DNA from: Candidatus Cloacimonadales bacterium
Lineage (GTDB): Bacteria; Cloacimonadota; Cloacimonadia; Cloacimonadales; JAFGVF01
Assembly: GCA_963662585.1 (NCBI GenBank)
Contig: OY759729.1
Coordinates: 2,880,001-2,944,000, forward strand
Direction: 5' to 3'
Length of the DNA: 64,000 nt
Part shown: positions 30,465 through 39,621 of the stretch, one piece after another
How positions within the stretch are numbered: the first letter of the stretch is position 1
How the letters are laid out: every line of letters starts with the position of its first letter
The notes under the pieces: generated by a model
Seen by the model: only the letters and a program-made list of their open reading frames with translations
Told to the model about the DNA's origin: nothing
The model's database searches: none
Translations under genes and position numbers: made by a program

Positions 30465-33400
30465 TGTTTCTAAGCCTCTTATCTTATGAATATAAATATC
30501 TGCTTCGCAGAGCTTCAACTTATATTTATGCCCTAATATTCTTTAGCTTAGGTTTCCTCCTAATGAATGCTTTTGCAGGAGCTTTTACTGGAATTAGAGT
30601 TCAAACAATGAATAGTGGGGCTGAACAGAGTTTTACCAATAGTTCAATTAATATTATGATGATTTCATCAGGATTAAATCTCTTGCTTATCCTCTTTATT
30701 GGTGGTTATTTAAGTGATATATTGCTGAAGGACTTTAGTCATAACTCCTTCCAATTAGTCTATACTAAACAGATTAGCAAAGCAAAATTATTATTTACCA
30801 GACTATTCGTTGGGATTACCACAGTAATAGGTATTTTCTTTTTCTTACAGTTTGGTTTGATGCTAGCTCAGTTTTCACCTTGGTTAGATGCTAAGCAGTT
30901 TCAATCATTCAATGCCTTGTATTATCTGAATCCCTTCTTTAAAATCTCTGTAACTAATATTATAATTGCCTCAGCTTTCTATACTTTAGTAGCGATAATA
31001 AGTAAGAAGAAACTTTATGTAAATATGTCAGCTGTCTTAATGTATCTTGTTTATACAGCAGTTATGGCTTTTAATAGTAAATTAGAACTTAAAGAAATAT
31101 CTGCTTTGTTTGATATGTTTGGATTATCAACATTAGGAATGATGACAGAAAACTGGACAATCGCTCAACGAAATACAGAATTATTACCCTTCTCATCTTA
31201 TTTTATGTATAATAGATTACTTTGGTTAGGAATAGCTCTTTTAATTTATTTACTTTCTTTCAGATTATACCAATTTACCTACCCACTAGCTAAGGTTAGT
31301 AAGAAAGAGAGAAAAAGTAATGAAATACAAGAAAAACCTGCTTATATTCATTATGGAATTATCTCTATCAATTGGAAGATTTCAACTTACTTTAAACAAT
31401 TTTGGCACTATTTTAAAATAGAATTAAAAATACTAACCCGTTCTGTGATCTTTAAGGTTTTTGGAGTGGTTTTTATCCTCTTTGTTTTTAGTTCATTAGC
31501 TAATTATAGTGCAATATATGATACAACAGTTCATCCAGTAACCTACATTGTAGTTGAGAATTTAAAAGGAATAGTCTTAGCTTTTGCAGTACTCTTTATT
31601 GCTGTTTTCAGTAGTGAATTAGTCTGGAAATCTCGTTCTGCCAACTGTGATTTCTTTGAAGATTCTTCGCCATTAAGAAATAGTATTAGAGCTATTTCTC
31701 ATGTAGCTACCCTAATTTTATCAATTTCCCTATTGTGGGTAATAGGAAGCATTATAGGAATGGGCTATCAAATCTATTATGGCTATTATAATATTGATTT
31801 AAGTCTTTATCTGATCTATGGTGGAATGTTACTTCTTCCTGTCTTAATGTATTCTGCAGTATCTATTCTAATCCAAAATCTTATGCCTAATCGAATGGCA
31901 GGAATTATTTTCTTCTTTGGTTTTTTCACAATAGTAGAATATCTCCCTTATATGGGTTTAGAACATCCTCTTTATCACATGTTTGATATTCCAGGAGTTA
32001 CTTATTCTGATATGAATGGCTTTGGATCTTTCTTACCTAAATTCTTCACTTATACCATCTATTGGTTAAGTTTTTCCTTAATTCTTTTCATTTTAGGAAT
32101 AAGATTATATCGCACTGGCACTGATCAGGGAATGAAAGCTAGATGGAAGAATCTCTATCAAAGATGGACCCTTGGTGAGCAAATATCTCTTGCTCTAATG
32201 ATGATATTCTTTGTTACTAGTGGTAGCTATATCTTTTATAATACTAATGTCCTAAACACTTATAGAACCCAAAAAGAGAGAAGAGAACTTAGTGTAAGAT
32301 TCGAAAATGATTATAAATATCTTAGTAAATTAAAGCAACCTCGAGTAACTACTGTTGATTTAAATGTTCAGATTTATCCTGAAAAGTTAGATTTAGGGGT
32401 TACTGGAGAATTAGTTCTTAAGAATAAGGAAATTGTAGAAATTGATACGCTACTCTTTTTTGCTAATCAGAGTAAGGATAACTTTAAATTCAACGCCAGT
32501 AAAGATTATGATATCTTGAAAATAGATGATGATTTTAATCTCTATCTTCTCAAGTTTAAAACTCCTCTTTTACCTGGTGATTCTCTAACTTTTACCTTCT
32601 CAGACTACTACCAACATAAAGGTTATGAAGTAGATACAAATATTTGTGCGAACGGTACTTTTGTTAATAGTAGTGCCTTTATGCCTGAATTTGCTTTCGT
32701 CGATTATTATGAACTTTCTTCCAACGAGATTAGAAAGAAGTATGATCTTCCTCCTAAAGAGAGAATGGCTGAGAGAGATGACCTAGAAGCAAGAAAGAAT
32801 CACTATATTTCTAAAGATTCTGATTGGGTAAATTTCTCTGCAACAGTCGGAACAAGTAGTGACCAAATTGCTGTTGCTCCTGGTTATCTTGTTGATTCTT
32901 GGGAAAATGAAGGTAGAAAACAGTTCCGTTATGAAATGGATCATCCTATTCTCAAATTCTTCTCCTTCTCTTCTGCTCGCTATGAAATAGAGAAAGATAC
33001 CTGGGTCTCGGATTCAGGGAAAGAAGTAGCTTTAGAAATCTATTATAATAAAGGTCATGAATACAATTTAGGCTCAATGATGAAAGCCTTGAAAATGGGT
33101 TTAAGCTACTACTCAGCTAACTATATGGAATATCCTCACCGTCAAATGAGAATCTTAGAATTTCCTCGTTATGCCACCTTTGCTCAATCCTTCCCAAATA
33201 CTGTTCCTTACTCAGAAGGTATCGGATTTATTGCTCAGGTAGATAGTAAAGAAAAACAAGATTACCCTTTCTTTGTTACTGCTCATGAACTTGCTCATCA
33301 ATGGTGGGCTCATGTTGTAATCGGGGCTGATGTGCAAGGAGCTGTGCTTATGAGTGAAGCTATTGCCCAATATTCGGCCTTATCAATTATGGAAGAAGAG

Positions 33401-34087
33401 TATGGTGAAATCAAACTAGGAGATTTCCTCAAACACGAGCTTCACTCTTATGTTACGGGAAGAAGCTCGGAAAGTTCTAAAGAAATGCCTCTCTCTAAAG
33501 TCGAAAACCAACAGTATATTCATTATAATAAAGGTTCTGTTGTCATGTATGGACTTAAGAAATATATTGGCGAGGATAATGTAAATAGAGCCTTGAAAGC
33601 AGTTGTAGATAAATATGGCTATCAAGAAGCACCTTATATAAACTCGAAAGAGTTTTTAGATGAAATCTATGCGCAAGTTCCTGATTCCTTACAATATCTA
33701 GCTAAGGAAATGTTTGAAGATATTATACTCTACAGTAATCAGATAAAAGAGGCTGAAGCCACTAAAGAAGAAGATGGCTATAGAGTCGATCTCTTGCTAG
33801 ATTGCTATAAAATTCAAGCAGACTCCATCGGTAACGAAACTGAAATTCCTTTGGATGATTGGATTGAAGTCTTGGTCTTCTCTGAAGAATACATAAATGG
33901 CGAGAAAGAAAAAGTAATAGCTAATCCAGATAATCGTTGGTTCAAACTCACAAGTGGAGAGAATAGAATCTCTTTAACTGTTCCTGAAAAACCAATAGAA
34001 GCAGGTGTGGATCCTCTCTATAAATTATTGGATAAAAATGTATTTGATAACTCAAAACAGATTAAGAACATAAAGGAAAAAGTATGA
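30464..34087 (+). CDS. ABC-2 type permease fused to M1 family metallopeptidase
   Basis: About 13 TM helices followed by FAQSFP, HELAHQWW, downstream E(AIAQY) and YNKG motifs. Confidence 0.9.
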   Translation: MFLSLLSYEYKYLLRRASTYIYALIFFSLGFLLMNAFAGAFTGIRVQTMNSGAEQSFTNSSINIMMISSGLNLLLILFIGGYLSDILLKDFSHNSFQLVYTKQISKAKLLFTRLFVGITTVIGIFFFLQFGLMLAQFSPWLDAKQFQSFNALYYLNPFFKISVTNIIIASAFYTLVAIISKKKLYVNMSAVLMYLVYTAVMAFNSKLELKEISALFDMFGLSTLGMMTENWTIAQRNTELLPFSSYFMYNRLLWLGIALLIYLLSFRLYQFTYPLAKVSKKERKSNEIQEKPAYIHYGIISINWKISTYFKQFWHYFKIELKILTRSVIFKVFGVVFILFVFSSLANYSAIYDTTVHPVTYIVVENLKGIVLAFAVLFIAVFSSELVWKSRSANCDFFEDSSPLRNSIRAISHVATLILSISLLWVIGSIIGMGYQIYYGYYNIDLSLYLIYGGMLLLPVLMYSAVSILIQNLMPNRMAGIIFFFGFFTIVEYLPYMGLEHPLYHMFDIPGVTYSDMNGFGSFLPKFFTYTIYWLSFSLILFILGIRLYRTGTDQGMKARWKNLYQRWTLGEQISLALMMIFFVTSGSYIFYNTNVLNTYRTQKERRELSVRFENDYKYLSKLKQPRVTTVDLNVQIYPEKLDLGVTGELVLKNKEIVEIDTLLFFANQSKDNFKFNASKDYDILKIDDDFNLYLLKFKTPLLPGDSLTFTFSDYYQHKGYEVDTNICANGTFVNSSAFMPEFAFVDYYELSSNEIRKKYDLPPKERMAERDDLEARKNHYISKDSDWVNFSATVGTSSDQIAVAPGYLVDSWENEGRKQFRYEMDHPILKFFSFSSARYEIEKDTWVSDSGKEVALEIYYNKGHEYNLGSMMKALKMGLSYYSANYMEYPHRQMRILEFPRYATFAQSFPNTVPYSEGIGFIAQVDSKEKQDYPFFVTAHELAHQWWAHVVIGADVQGAVLMSEAIAQYSALSIMEEEYGEIKLGDFLKHELHSYVTGRSSESSKEMPLSKVENQQYIHYNKGSVVMYGLKKYIGEDNVNRALKAVVDKYGYQEAPYINSKEFLDEIYAQVPDSLQYLAKEMFEDIILYSNQIKEAEATKEEDGYRVDLLLDCYKIQADSIGNETEIPLDDWIEVLVFSEEYINGEKEKVIANPDNRWFKLTSGENRISLTVPEKPIEAGVDPLYKLLDKNVFDNSKQIKNIKEKV

Positions 34088-34779
34088 AAAACTTAATTTT
34101 AATCATCTTGCTTTCACTCTTAGCAATAAATTTGCTAGGTGAAAAGATAACTGATGATTTATGGCTAAAAGCAGTTCAATTAAAAAGTGAATCTATGAAC
34201 GCTTATCCTACTAAAACTCAATATATCTCTCAAACTAAAGATAAAAAGGGAAATGTGGAAGAAGAAGAAACTATAATTATCTCCCATCAAGAAAATAATG
34301 GTCAGATAATAAACTCATTTCTTGAAGGTACTAATAGCAAGGGTAATTTGACTGAAGAAGACGAATCAGTTAAGAGATACTTAAGTATGTCTGCAATTTC
34401 AGAAGATGAAGGTATGTTTAAAACTGAGACTTCTGAAGATTTTACCCTTAAAAGACTTGATAATGAGATGATTGAGGGGAAGGACTACGCTAAATATAAA
34501 GTAAATTCTAAAGCAAAGTCAGATGATGGTGTCGTTGATAGTGAAGGCTTTATCTGGTTAGATTCTAACTCTGGTGCTCCTTTTAAAATGACTTTAGATG
34601 TGGACCCTCACAAAATGGTAATTAAAAAGCTAACTGTAAATACCTTATATTCCCTTTCGCAAGCAGGTTTTTTACAAACTGATAAAATCGTTACCGATAT
34701 TGTAATAAGCATTGTTTTAAAAAAAATGTATATTACACAAACTATCTTAAGAGAAAACTATTTGCAACTTAATCAATAA
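34084..34779 (+). CDS. Secreted hypothetical protein (possible LolA-like fold)
   Basis: Signal peptide; G.IWLD...G.P motif; overlaps upstream stop. Confidence 0.5.
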   Translation: MKNLILIILLSLLAINLLGEKITDDLWLKAVQLKSESMNAYPTKTQYISQTKDKKGNVEEEETIIISHQENNGQIINSFLEGTNSKGNLTEEDESVKRYLSMSAISEDEGMFKTETSEDFTLKRLDNEMIEGKDYAKYKVNSKAKSDDGVVDSEGFIWLDSNSGAPFKMTLDVDPHKMVIKKLTVNTLYSLSQAGFLQTDKIVTDIVISIVLKKMYITQTILRENYLQLNQ

Positions 34780-34799
34780 AGATTAAAGTGAATTTAAAT

Positions 34800-34834
34800 A
34801 AAAGCTTGTCAAGATTTGGCAAGCTTTTTATTAT
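34800..34834 (+). terminator. Intrinsic terminator hairpin overlapping a putative promoter
   Basis: AAAAGCTTGTCAA-GAT-TTGGCAAGCTTTT; contains TTGTCA(34806)-17 bp-TATTAT(34829). Confidence 0.6.
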
Positions 34835-34863
34835 GGTAGAAGAAATTACTTTGGAGTAAAATT

Positions 34864-35577
34864 ATGAACTTTATTATTCTTGATACAGAAACAACAGGAT
34901 TTGATAAAAATGATAGAATTATTCAATTAGCTTATATTGTTTATGATGGTATGAACTTAGAACCATTTGAAACTTTCTGCTACACTGAACAACCCATTAA
35001 TTTTTCAGCTATGGCTGTCCATCATATCACACCAGATATTATTCAAGGTAAAGAAAAACTTACAGAGACAGAAGTATATAAATTCTTAGAAGAACTTAAC
35101 ACAGAAGAGAATTATCTTGTGATTCATAATGCACCTTTTGATCTAGCTATGCTTGCCAAAGAGGGTTTTGTTAATAAAATGAAACTAATAGATACCTTAA
35201 AAGTTACCAGACATCTTGCTCCTAATTTAGAATCTCATGCTATGCAATATCTTCGTTATCATCGGGGATTATACAAAGAAGAAGCAGAAATTACTCAGTT
35301 GTTAGGTGTTGAAATTAAAGCCCATGATGCTATGGGAGATATTATTGTCTTATACTTACTTTTAAAGAGATTACTGGCAAACAACACCCCTGAACAATTA
35401 GTAGAACTTACCCAAAAACCAAACCTAATTAATAAACTTAGATTCGGAAAATATAGAGGTCAATTAATCTCTGAGGTTGTCAAAACTGACCGTCAATACC
35501 TGCAATGGATGGTAGAAAAACTTACTGATTTAGACCCTGATGTAAAATTCACTATAGAACACTTTTTAGGTAAATAA
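34864..35577 (+). CDS. DEDDh 3'-5' exonuclease (DnaQ / exonuclease X-like)
   Basis: LDTETTG, HNAPFD, HDAMGD and C-terminal FGKYRG..YLQW motif. Confidence 0.9.
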   Translation: MNFIILDTETTGFDKNDRIIQLAYIVYDGMNLEPFETFCYTEQPINFSAMAVHHITPDIIQGKEKLTETEVYKFLEELNTEENYLVIHNAPFDLAMLAKEGFVNKMKLIDTLKVTRHLAPNLESHAMQYLRYHRGLYKEEAEITQLLGVEIKAHDAMGDIIVLYLLLKRLLANNTPEQLVELTQKPNLINKLRFGKYRGQLISEVVKTDRQYLQWMVEKLTDLDPDVKFTIEHFLGK

Positions 35578-35631
35578 CTAAAAAAGCGGATTCCCAACTC
35601 AAGATTGCTATTAAACCCTTACAGGGATATG

Positions 35632-35693
35632 TTGAACCCTTTGTAGGAGGATATTGGTATAGGCCAATTGCAGGGGCCTATTGCCATGCGCCC
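35632..35693 (+). repeat. Two degenerate GTAG-type REP-like units
   Basis: GTAGGAGGATATTGGTATAGGCC (35643) and GCAGGGGCCTATTGCCATGCGCCC (35670), both resembling the perfect unit at 37811. Confidence 0.65.
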
Positions 35694-35733
35694 AATTAAG
35701 ATTATATCCAATCATCTTTCTTTCCTTTTCCCT

Positions 35734-35795
35734 TGCTCCTTTTCTGTCATCTGGAAAAAATATCAAATAATCATAGTGTTTAGTGATAAGGAGCA
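35734..35795. repeat. 62-bp dispersed element with TGCTCC...GGAGCA ends (copy 2)
   Basis: 44/62 ungapped identity with 9707-9768. Confidence 0.6.
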
Positions 35796-35797
35796 GG

Positions 35798-35995
35798 GAA
35801 AGAAAAGAAGATGATGTCTTACGCAGTCAAGTTCTTGAGGATTTCACTGATGAGATTATAGATTTATATCACCAATTGAAGAAAGAGAAAGATTCATTTT
35901 CGGAAATGGGGATTGATTTTGAGGAAAAGGCCTTTTATGATATCTTAAAATCATTAATGATTAAACCCAATAATGCAGTAGATCTTTTAGAATAG
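35798..35995 (+). pseudogene. hsdR: Fragment of type I restriction enzyme R subunit C-terminal region
   Basis: ERKEDDVLRS.VLEDFTDEIIDLY..LKKE..SF..MGIDFEEKAFYDIL resembles the HsdR C-terminal region; only about 60 codons remain. Confidence 0.7.
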
Positions 35996-36169
35996 CACTA
36001 TATTCATTTGCTAAAGCATTTTACATAATTTCTCAGAGTATATATGTTATACGCTGATAAATTCTGTAAAAGCTTTATCTAAAAGAATCTGCACTCTTCA
36101 CTAAAGTTCTACTACACTATCTGGGTTGAAATGGAAGCATAGGTGTCGTATGGGAGAATCAATATCCTC

Positions 36170-37243
36170 CTAAATGTTTTGCAATTGGAATAGCTTTTGT
36201 CTTAAATCATTAAAATTTGAATAGTTTATAATTTTATCATGGCTTAAACGGCCAACAAGAACACCTGGATGAATTTTTTCTTCTTTCGCGAATGAGAGGA
36301 TTAACTCTCGGGTAATTGAAGCTTGCTTAATTAGATTATTATATTTTTCAGGAGGGATTAAATTTTCAGAAGCGAAAGTATCAGCTTCTTCTTCAAAGCT
36401 GGAATTTGTATTTAAATGTTCGATTAGTGTCACATTTTTATTATGACCATAATATATATGTCCTAATTCATGAAAGAGGCTAAACCAGAAAATATCAGCA
36501 TAGATACCTCTATTACTTAGTTGAAGAATGATTTTATTTGGATCTTTTCTGTTGATAGCACCTTGAGCATGTGTTTTGTTAATGTGGGGGACTAATACTA
36601 AGGCTATTCCGCAAGAGGATAACTTTTCTTCAAGTAGGGGGATATACTCTTCAGGATTTTTAATAGTAAGAGTTCTTATATCTTTTAACAACTGGTTAAA
36701 CTTTCTTTTAGAGAACTTTTCGGTCTGAATATCAGAGGCTAAGATCTCTCCTCTTCTTAACCAAGTAGCTAAGGCATAAGATTCTGGTTCAAATGTTGTT
36801 GAAACTCTAAAAGCTACAGGCATTGTTGTGGAGATTAAAGTTAAATTAGCAACTTGGAAAAAAGAACGAAGATAATTAACCTTCTCCTCCATTATTTTAG
36901 TTGCTTTTAGCCAGTTTAATTTGACTAATTGTGGATAATTTATAGATTTAACTATCTCAATTTCCTTTTCCATACTTTGTGCTTCTTTTTTTCTTGCTGT
37001 TGCCTCCTGATATATTGACTCTAATCCTATCCAAAATGAAGCTGGTAAACCCAAAACACTTTCCAGCTTTAAAGCTGTTTCGGTAGTTATAGGAGCTTTA
37101 CCTTTAATAATTTCATTTATATGCTTAGGGCTTATTCCTAACCTTTCTGACAAATCTTTTTGGGTCATATCCCAGTTAATTAAATACTCTTTAAGAGTTT
37201 CTCCTGGTGGAACAGGAATTGGGGTATCTGTTTTTTTAATCAT
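36170..37243 (-). CDS. higA: HigA-family antitoxin (XRE HTH + ImmA/IrrE-type metallopeptidase domain)
   Basis: PPGETLKE..MTQKDLSERLG..IT.ETA.KLE..FW..L HTH; FWFSLFHELGH and EEEADTFA. Confidence 0.88.
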   Translation of the reverse strand: MIKKTDTPIPVPPGETLKEYLINWDMTQKDLSERLGISPKHINEIIKGKAPITTETALKLESVLGLPASFWIGLESIYQEATARKKEAQSMEKEIEIVKSINYPQLVKLNWLKATKIMEEKVNYLRSFFQVANLTLISTTMPVAFRVSTTFEPESYALATWLRRGEILASDIQTEKFSKRKFNQLLKDIRTLTIKNPEEYIPLLEEKLSSCGIALVLVPHINKTHAQGAINRKDPNKIILQLSNRGIYADIFWFSLFHELGHIYYGHNKNVTLIEHLNTNSSFEEEADTFASENLIPPEKYNNLIKQASITRELILSFAKEEKIHPGVLVGRLSHDKIINYSNFNDLRQKLFQLQNI

Positions 37244-37553
37244 GATAGTCCTCCAAACTTACAATCTTTACAGCAATAATGTCTTTTACTTTTTTATAAT
37301 TATGTGGAATAGCTTCAATAATCATTCTGAGTGGATGTTCTAAATCAAGAGCAAACTTTCCTTTTAGGTTTCCTGTTAAACTATGGCATCTTCCAATTTT
37401 AAATTTAATCATTAAGTCTAAATTTGGTATTTTTGTTAACTCATTATATCGTTGAGTAATCTTTTTGGCATTCTTAGGACCATATTCTCTATTCATTTTC
37501 TTATTATCATTAATTATTTTCTTTAATGTTCTGTCAGAAATTTTTACTTCCAA
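37236..37553 (-). CDS. higB: HigB/RelE-like toxin (plasmid maintenance killer family)
   Basis: Toxin-first order; RCHSLTGNLKGKFALDL.HP.R...DYH; TTG start with GAGG RBS. Confidence 0.85.
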   Translation of the reverse strand: MEVKISDRTLKKIINDNKKMNREYGPKNAKKITQRYNELTKIPNLDLMIKFKIGRCHSLTGNLKGKFALDLEHPLRMIIEAIPHNYKKVKDIIAVKIVSLEDYHD

Positions 37554-37577
37554 AATAACCTCTCATTATATAAGTAC

Positions 37578-37627
37578 AAATTAAACCATATTATTAAATA
37601 AGTCAAGATAAATAACCTGTTAGGTTA
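37578..37627 (-). promoter_or_regulatory. higBA promoter and palindromic operator
   Basis: TTGACT (37601-37606, minus strand)-17 bp-TAATTT; palindrome TAACCT-GTT-AGGTTA at 37613-37627. Confidence 0.5.
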
Positions 37628-37810
37628 AGATTTTTATTATTTTATATTCTAAACTCATGTTAAATAATGTATAACAAATGAAGTAAATTGGCTCAATTTC
37701 AAGTCTGGGATTCGAAAAATAGTAATAAAAAAGGTTGATTTATGGTTTATCGATACCTTTTATTATTAATTGTTTTAATTGATGCTAATATTCTTTTTAT
37801 TGAACCATTT

Positions 37811-37834
37811 GTAGGGGCGTATTGCCATACGCCC
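37811..37834 (+). repeat. GTAG-family REP-like palindrome
   Basis: GTAG + perfect 8-bp stem GGGCGTAT-TGCC-ATACGCCC; GC-rich in an AT-rich intergenic region. Confidence 0.8.
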
Positions 37835-37840
37835 AGAAAT

Positions 37841-38689
37841 TTATTGATTAATAATAATCTTATTATTTAAAGTTGCATCTTTTCTTAATTCATCTACATA
37901 GGAGTGGAGATATAGCTCAGATTTATTATCTATAAAGCAATTGAGCATTAAGTCTTTATGATCTTCGTCACTATTAGGTTGGTAATTTCTTCTTTCAGTA
38001 ACTAAGATTAGGTGATAGCCAAATTTAGACTTTACCGGAAGGCTAACTTCATCGATTGGGAGTTTAAAGATAACACTGTCTAATTCCTCTATAAAGGAAT
38101 CAGCTGATACAAAGCCCATATCTCCGCATTGGACACCTGCTGGACATTCAGAGAAGTCATTAGCAAATCTTTTGAAATCTTCTAAGGTATTGATTTTCTT
38201 TCTAAAGGCCATTAGTTTCTTATAATTTTCCTCAGTTGCACCTAGCAATAAAATATTATAAACATGGGCTTGGGGACAACATGAGAAGAGCTCAGAGTTA
38301 GTTTTTGCTAATTGTGAGACATCTTGAGTGACTCTTTGTTTAATAAATGAGCTAAATTTATCTAAGAATTTAGTGATAAATAGAGATTCTTTAAGATAGT
38401 CTTCGTAGCGAGATCTGCTGAGTTTATGCTTTTCCAAGTAGTTATCATATTGTTCTTCAGTTTCAAAAGCTTGTGAAACTTCAAAAATTCTATCATTCCA
38501 CTCATCATCAGTAACTTTAACCCCGAATTTATTTGCTTCGTGCAAAAGAAGGTATCTATCTACTAAGTAGTCGATTGCTTTTTTATTATTTTCTTTCTCT
38601 TCGCAATTGCAGCCTGAGAATAAGACTTGAGCATAATCATACTCTTCTTGTGTTATGTTATAATCATATACATTGGCAATAATTTTCAT
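37841..38689 (-). CDS. Parvulin-type peptidyl-prolyl isomerase (SurA/NifM-like)
   Basis: FA..FSECP....GDMG, VS.PVKSKFGYHLI rotamase motifs. Confidence 0.85.
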   Translation of the reverse strand: MKIIANVYDYNITQEEYDYAQVLFSGCNCEEKENNKKAIDYLVDRYLLLHEANKFGVKVTDDEWNDRIFEVSQAFETEEQYDNYLEKHKLSRSRYEDYLKESLFITKFLDKFSSFIKQRVTQDVSQLAKTNSELFSCCPQAHVYNILLLGATEENYKKLMAFRKKINTLEDFKRFANDFSECPAGVQCGDMGFVSADSFIEELDSVIFKLPIDEVSLPVKSKFGYHLILVTERRNYQPNSDEDHKDLMLNCFIDNKSELYLHSYVDELRKDATLNNKIIINQ

Positions 38690-39621
38690 TAATAAACTCC
38701 GATATTTCCGTGATTGTCGATAAATTTTGATATAAAATTATCTATAGTATTATAAGTAATCGATTTTCTGAAAAAAACAAGATTAAAATTATTTCTTCTG
38801 TACCAGGTTAGCTGTCTTTTGGCATAATTACGGGAATGTTGTTTGGCTAAATTGATACAATCTGCAAGATTTTCTTTTTGTAAAACAAAGGGAAGCAATT
38901 CTTTATAGCCTACTGCTGATAAGCCTGGAGAGTCTGCACGATAGCCCATATCTAAAAGTTGTCTAATTTCTTCTAATAAGCCTGAAGTAACCATTTGATC
39001 ATATCTTTTATTAATTCTGTCATAGATATCTTGTCTATCATCTAACAAGAGAATATTTAGAACTTTTCTTGCTTCTAACAATCCTTGTTCTTGCCAGTAG
39101 CTACTTAGCTGTTTATTGGTGCCATAATATACTTCTAAAGACCTGATAATTCTTTGTTTATCGTTATTAGATACTTTTTGAGCAATGATAGGGTCAATCT
39201 TCTCTAATTGTTGGTACATGAGTTGGTTACCTAATTTATCCCAATCTGCTGAAAGAGAATCTCTAATCTCGGGGGATATATCAGGAACTTTACATAAACC
39301 TTCTAGAAATGAGGAAATATAAAAGCCAGTTCCTCCACAAATAATAGGATATTTTATATCTGTCTTATCTACAATGTCGATTGCATCTCTGGTAAATCTA
39401 CCGGCACTATAAGCTTCATCAGGGGTAATAATATCTATCAGATGATGTTTGACAAGAGCTAACTCATCTTGACTTGGCTTGGCTGTAGCTAAGTCCATAT
39501 ACTTATATACTTGACGCGAGTCCGCAGAGATAATTTCTAAATTAATCTTTTGGGCTATTTCTAAAGCTAGCGAACTTTTGCCTACAGCTGTAGGTCCTTG
39601 AATTATAATAACAGGTTTCAT
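38689..39621 (-). CDS. miaA: tRNA dimethylallyltransferase
   Basis: GPTAVGKS, ISADSRQVY, GGTGFY, YAKRQLTW; follows mutL. Confidence 0.97.
   Translation of the reverse strand: MKPVIIIQGPTAVGKSSLALEIAQKINLEIISADSRQVYKYMDLATAKPSQDELALVKHHLIDIITPDEAYSAGRFTRDAIDIVDKTDIKYPIICGGTGFYISSFLEGLCKVPDISPEIRDSLSADWDKLGNQLMYQQLEKIDPIIAQKVSNNDKQRIIRSLEVYYGTNKQLSSYWQEQGLLEARKVLNILLLDDRQDIYDRINKRYDQMVTSGLLEEIRQLLDMGYRADSPGLSAVGYKELLPFVLQKENLADCINLAKQHSRNYAKRQLTWYRRNNFNLVFFRKSITYNTIDNFISKFIDNHGNIGVY

Noticed and set aside
35783..35995. 70-aa ORF as an intact gene
   Set aside because: Its start codon lies inside the 62-bp repeat; the remainder is an hsdR fragment.
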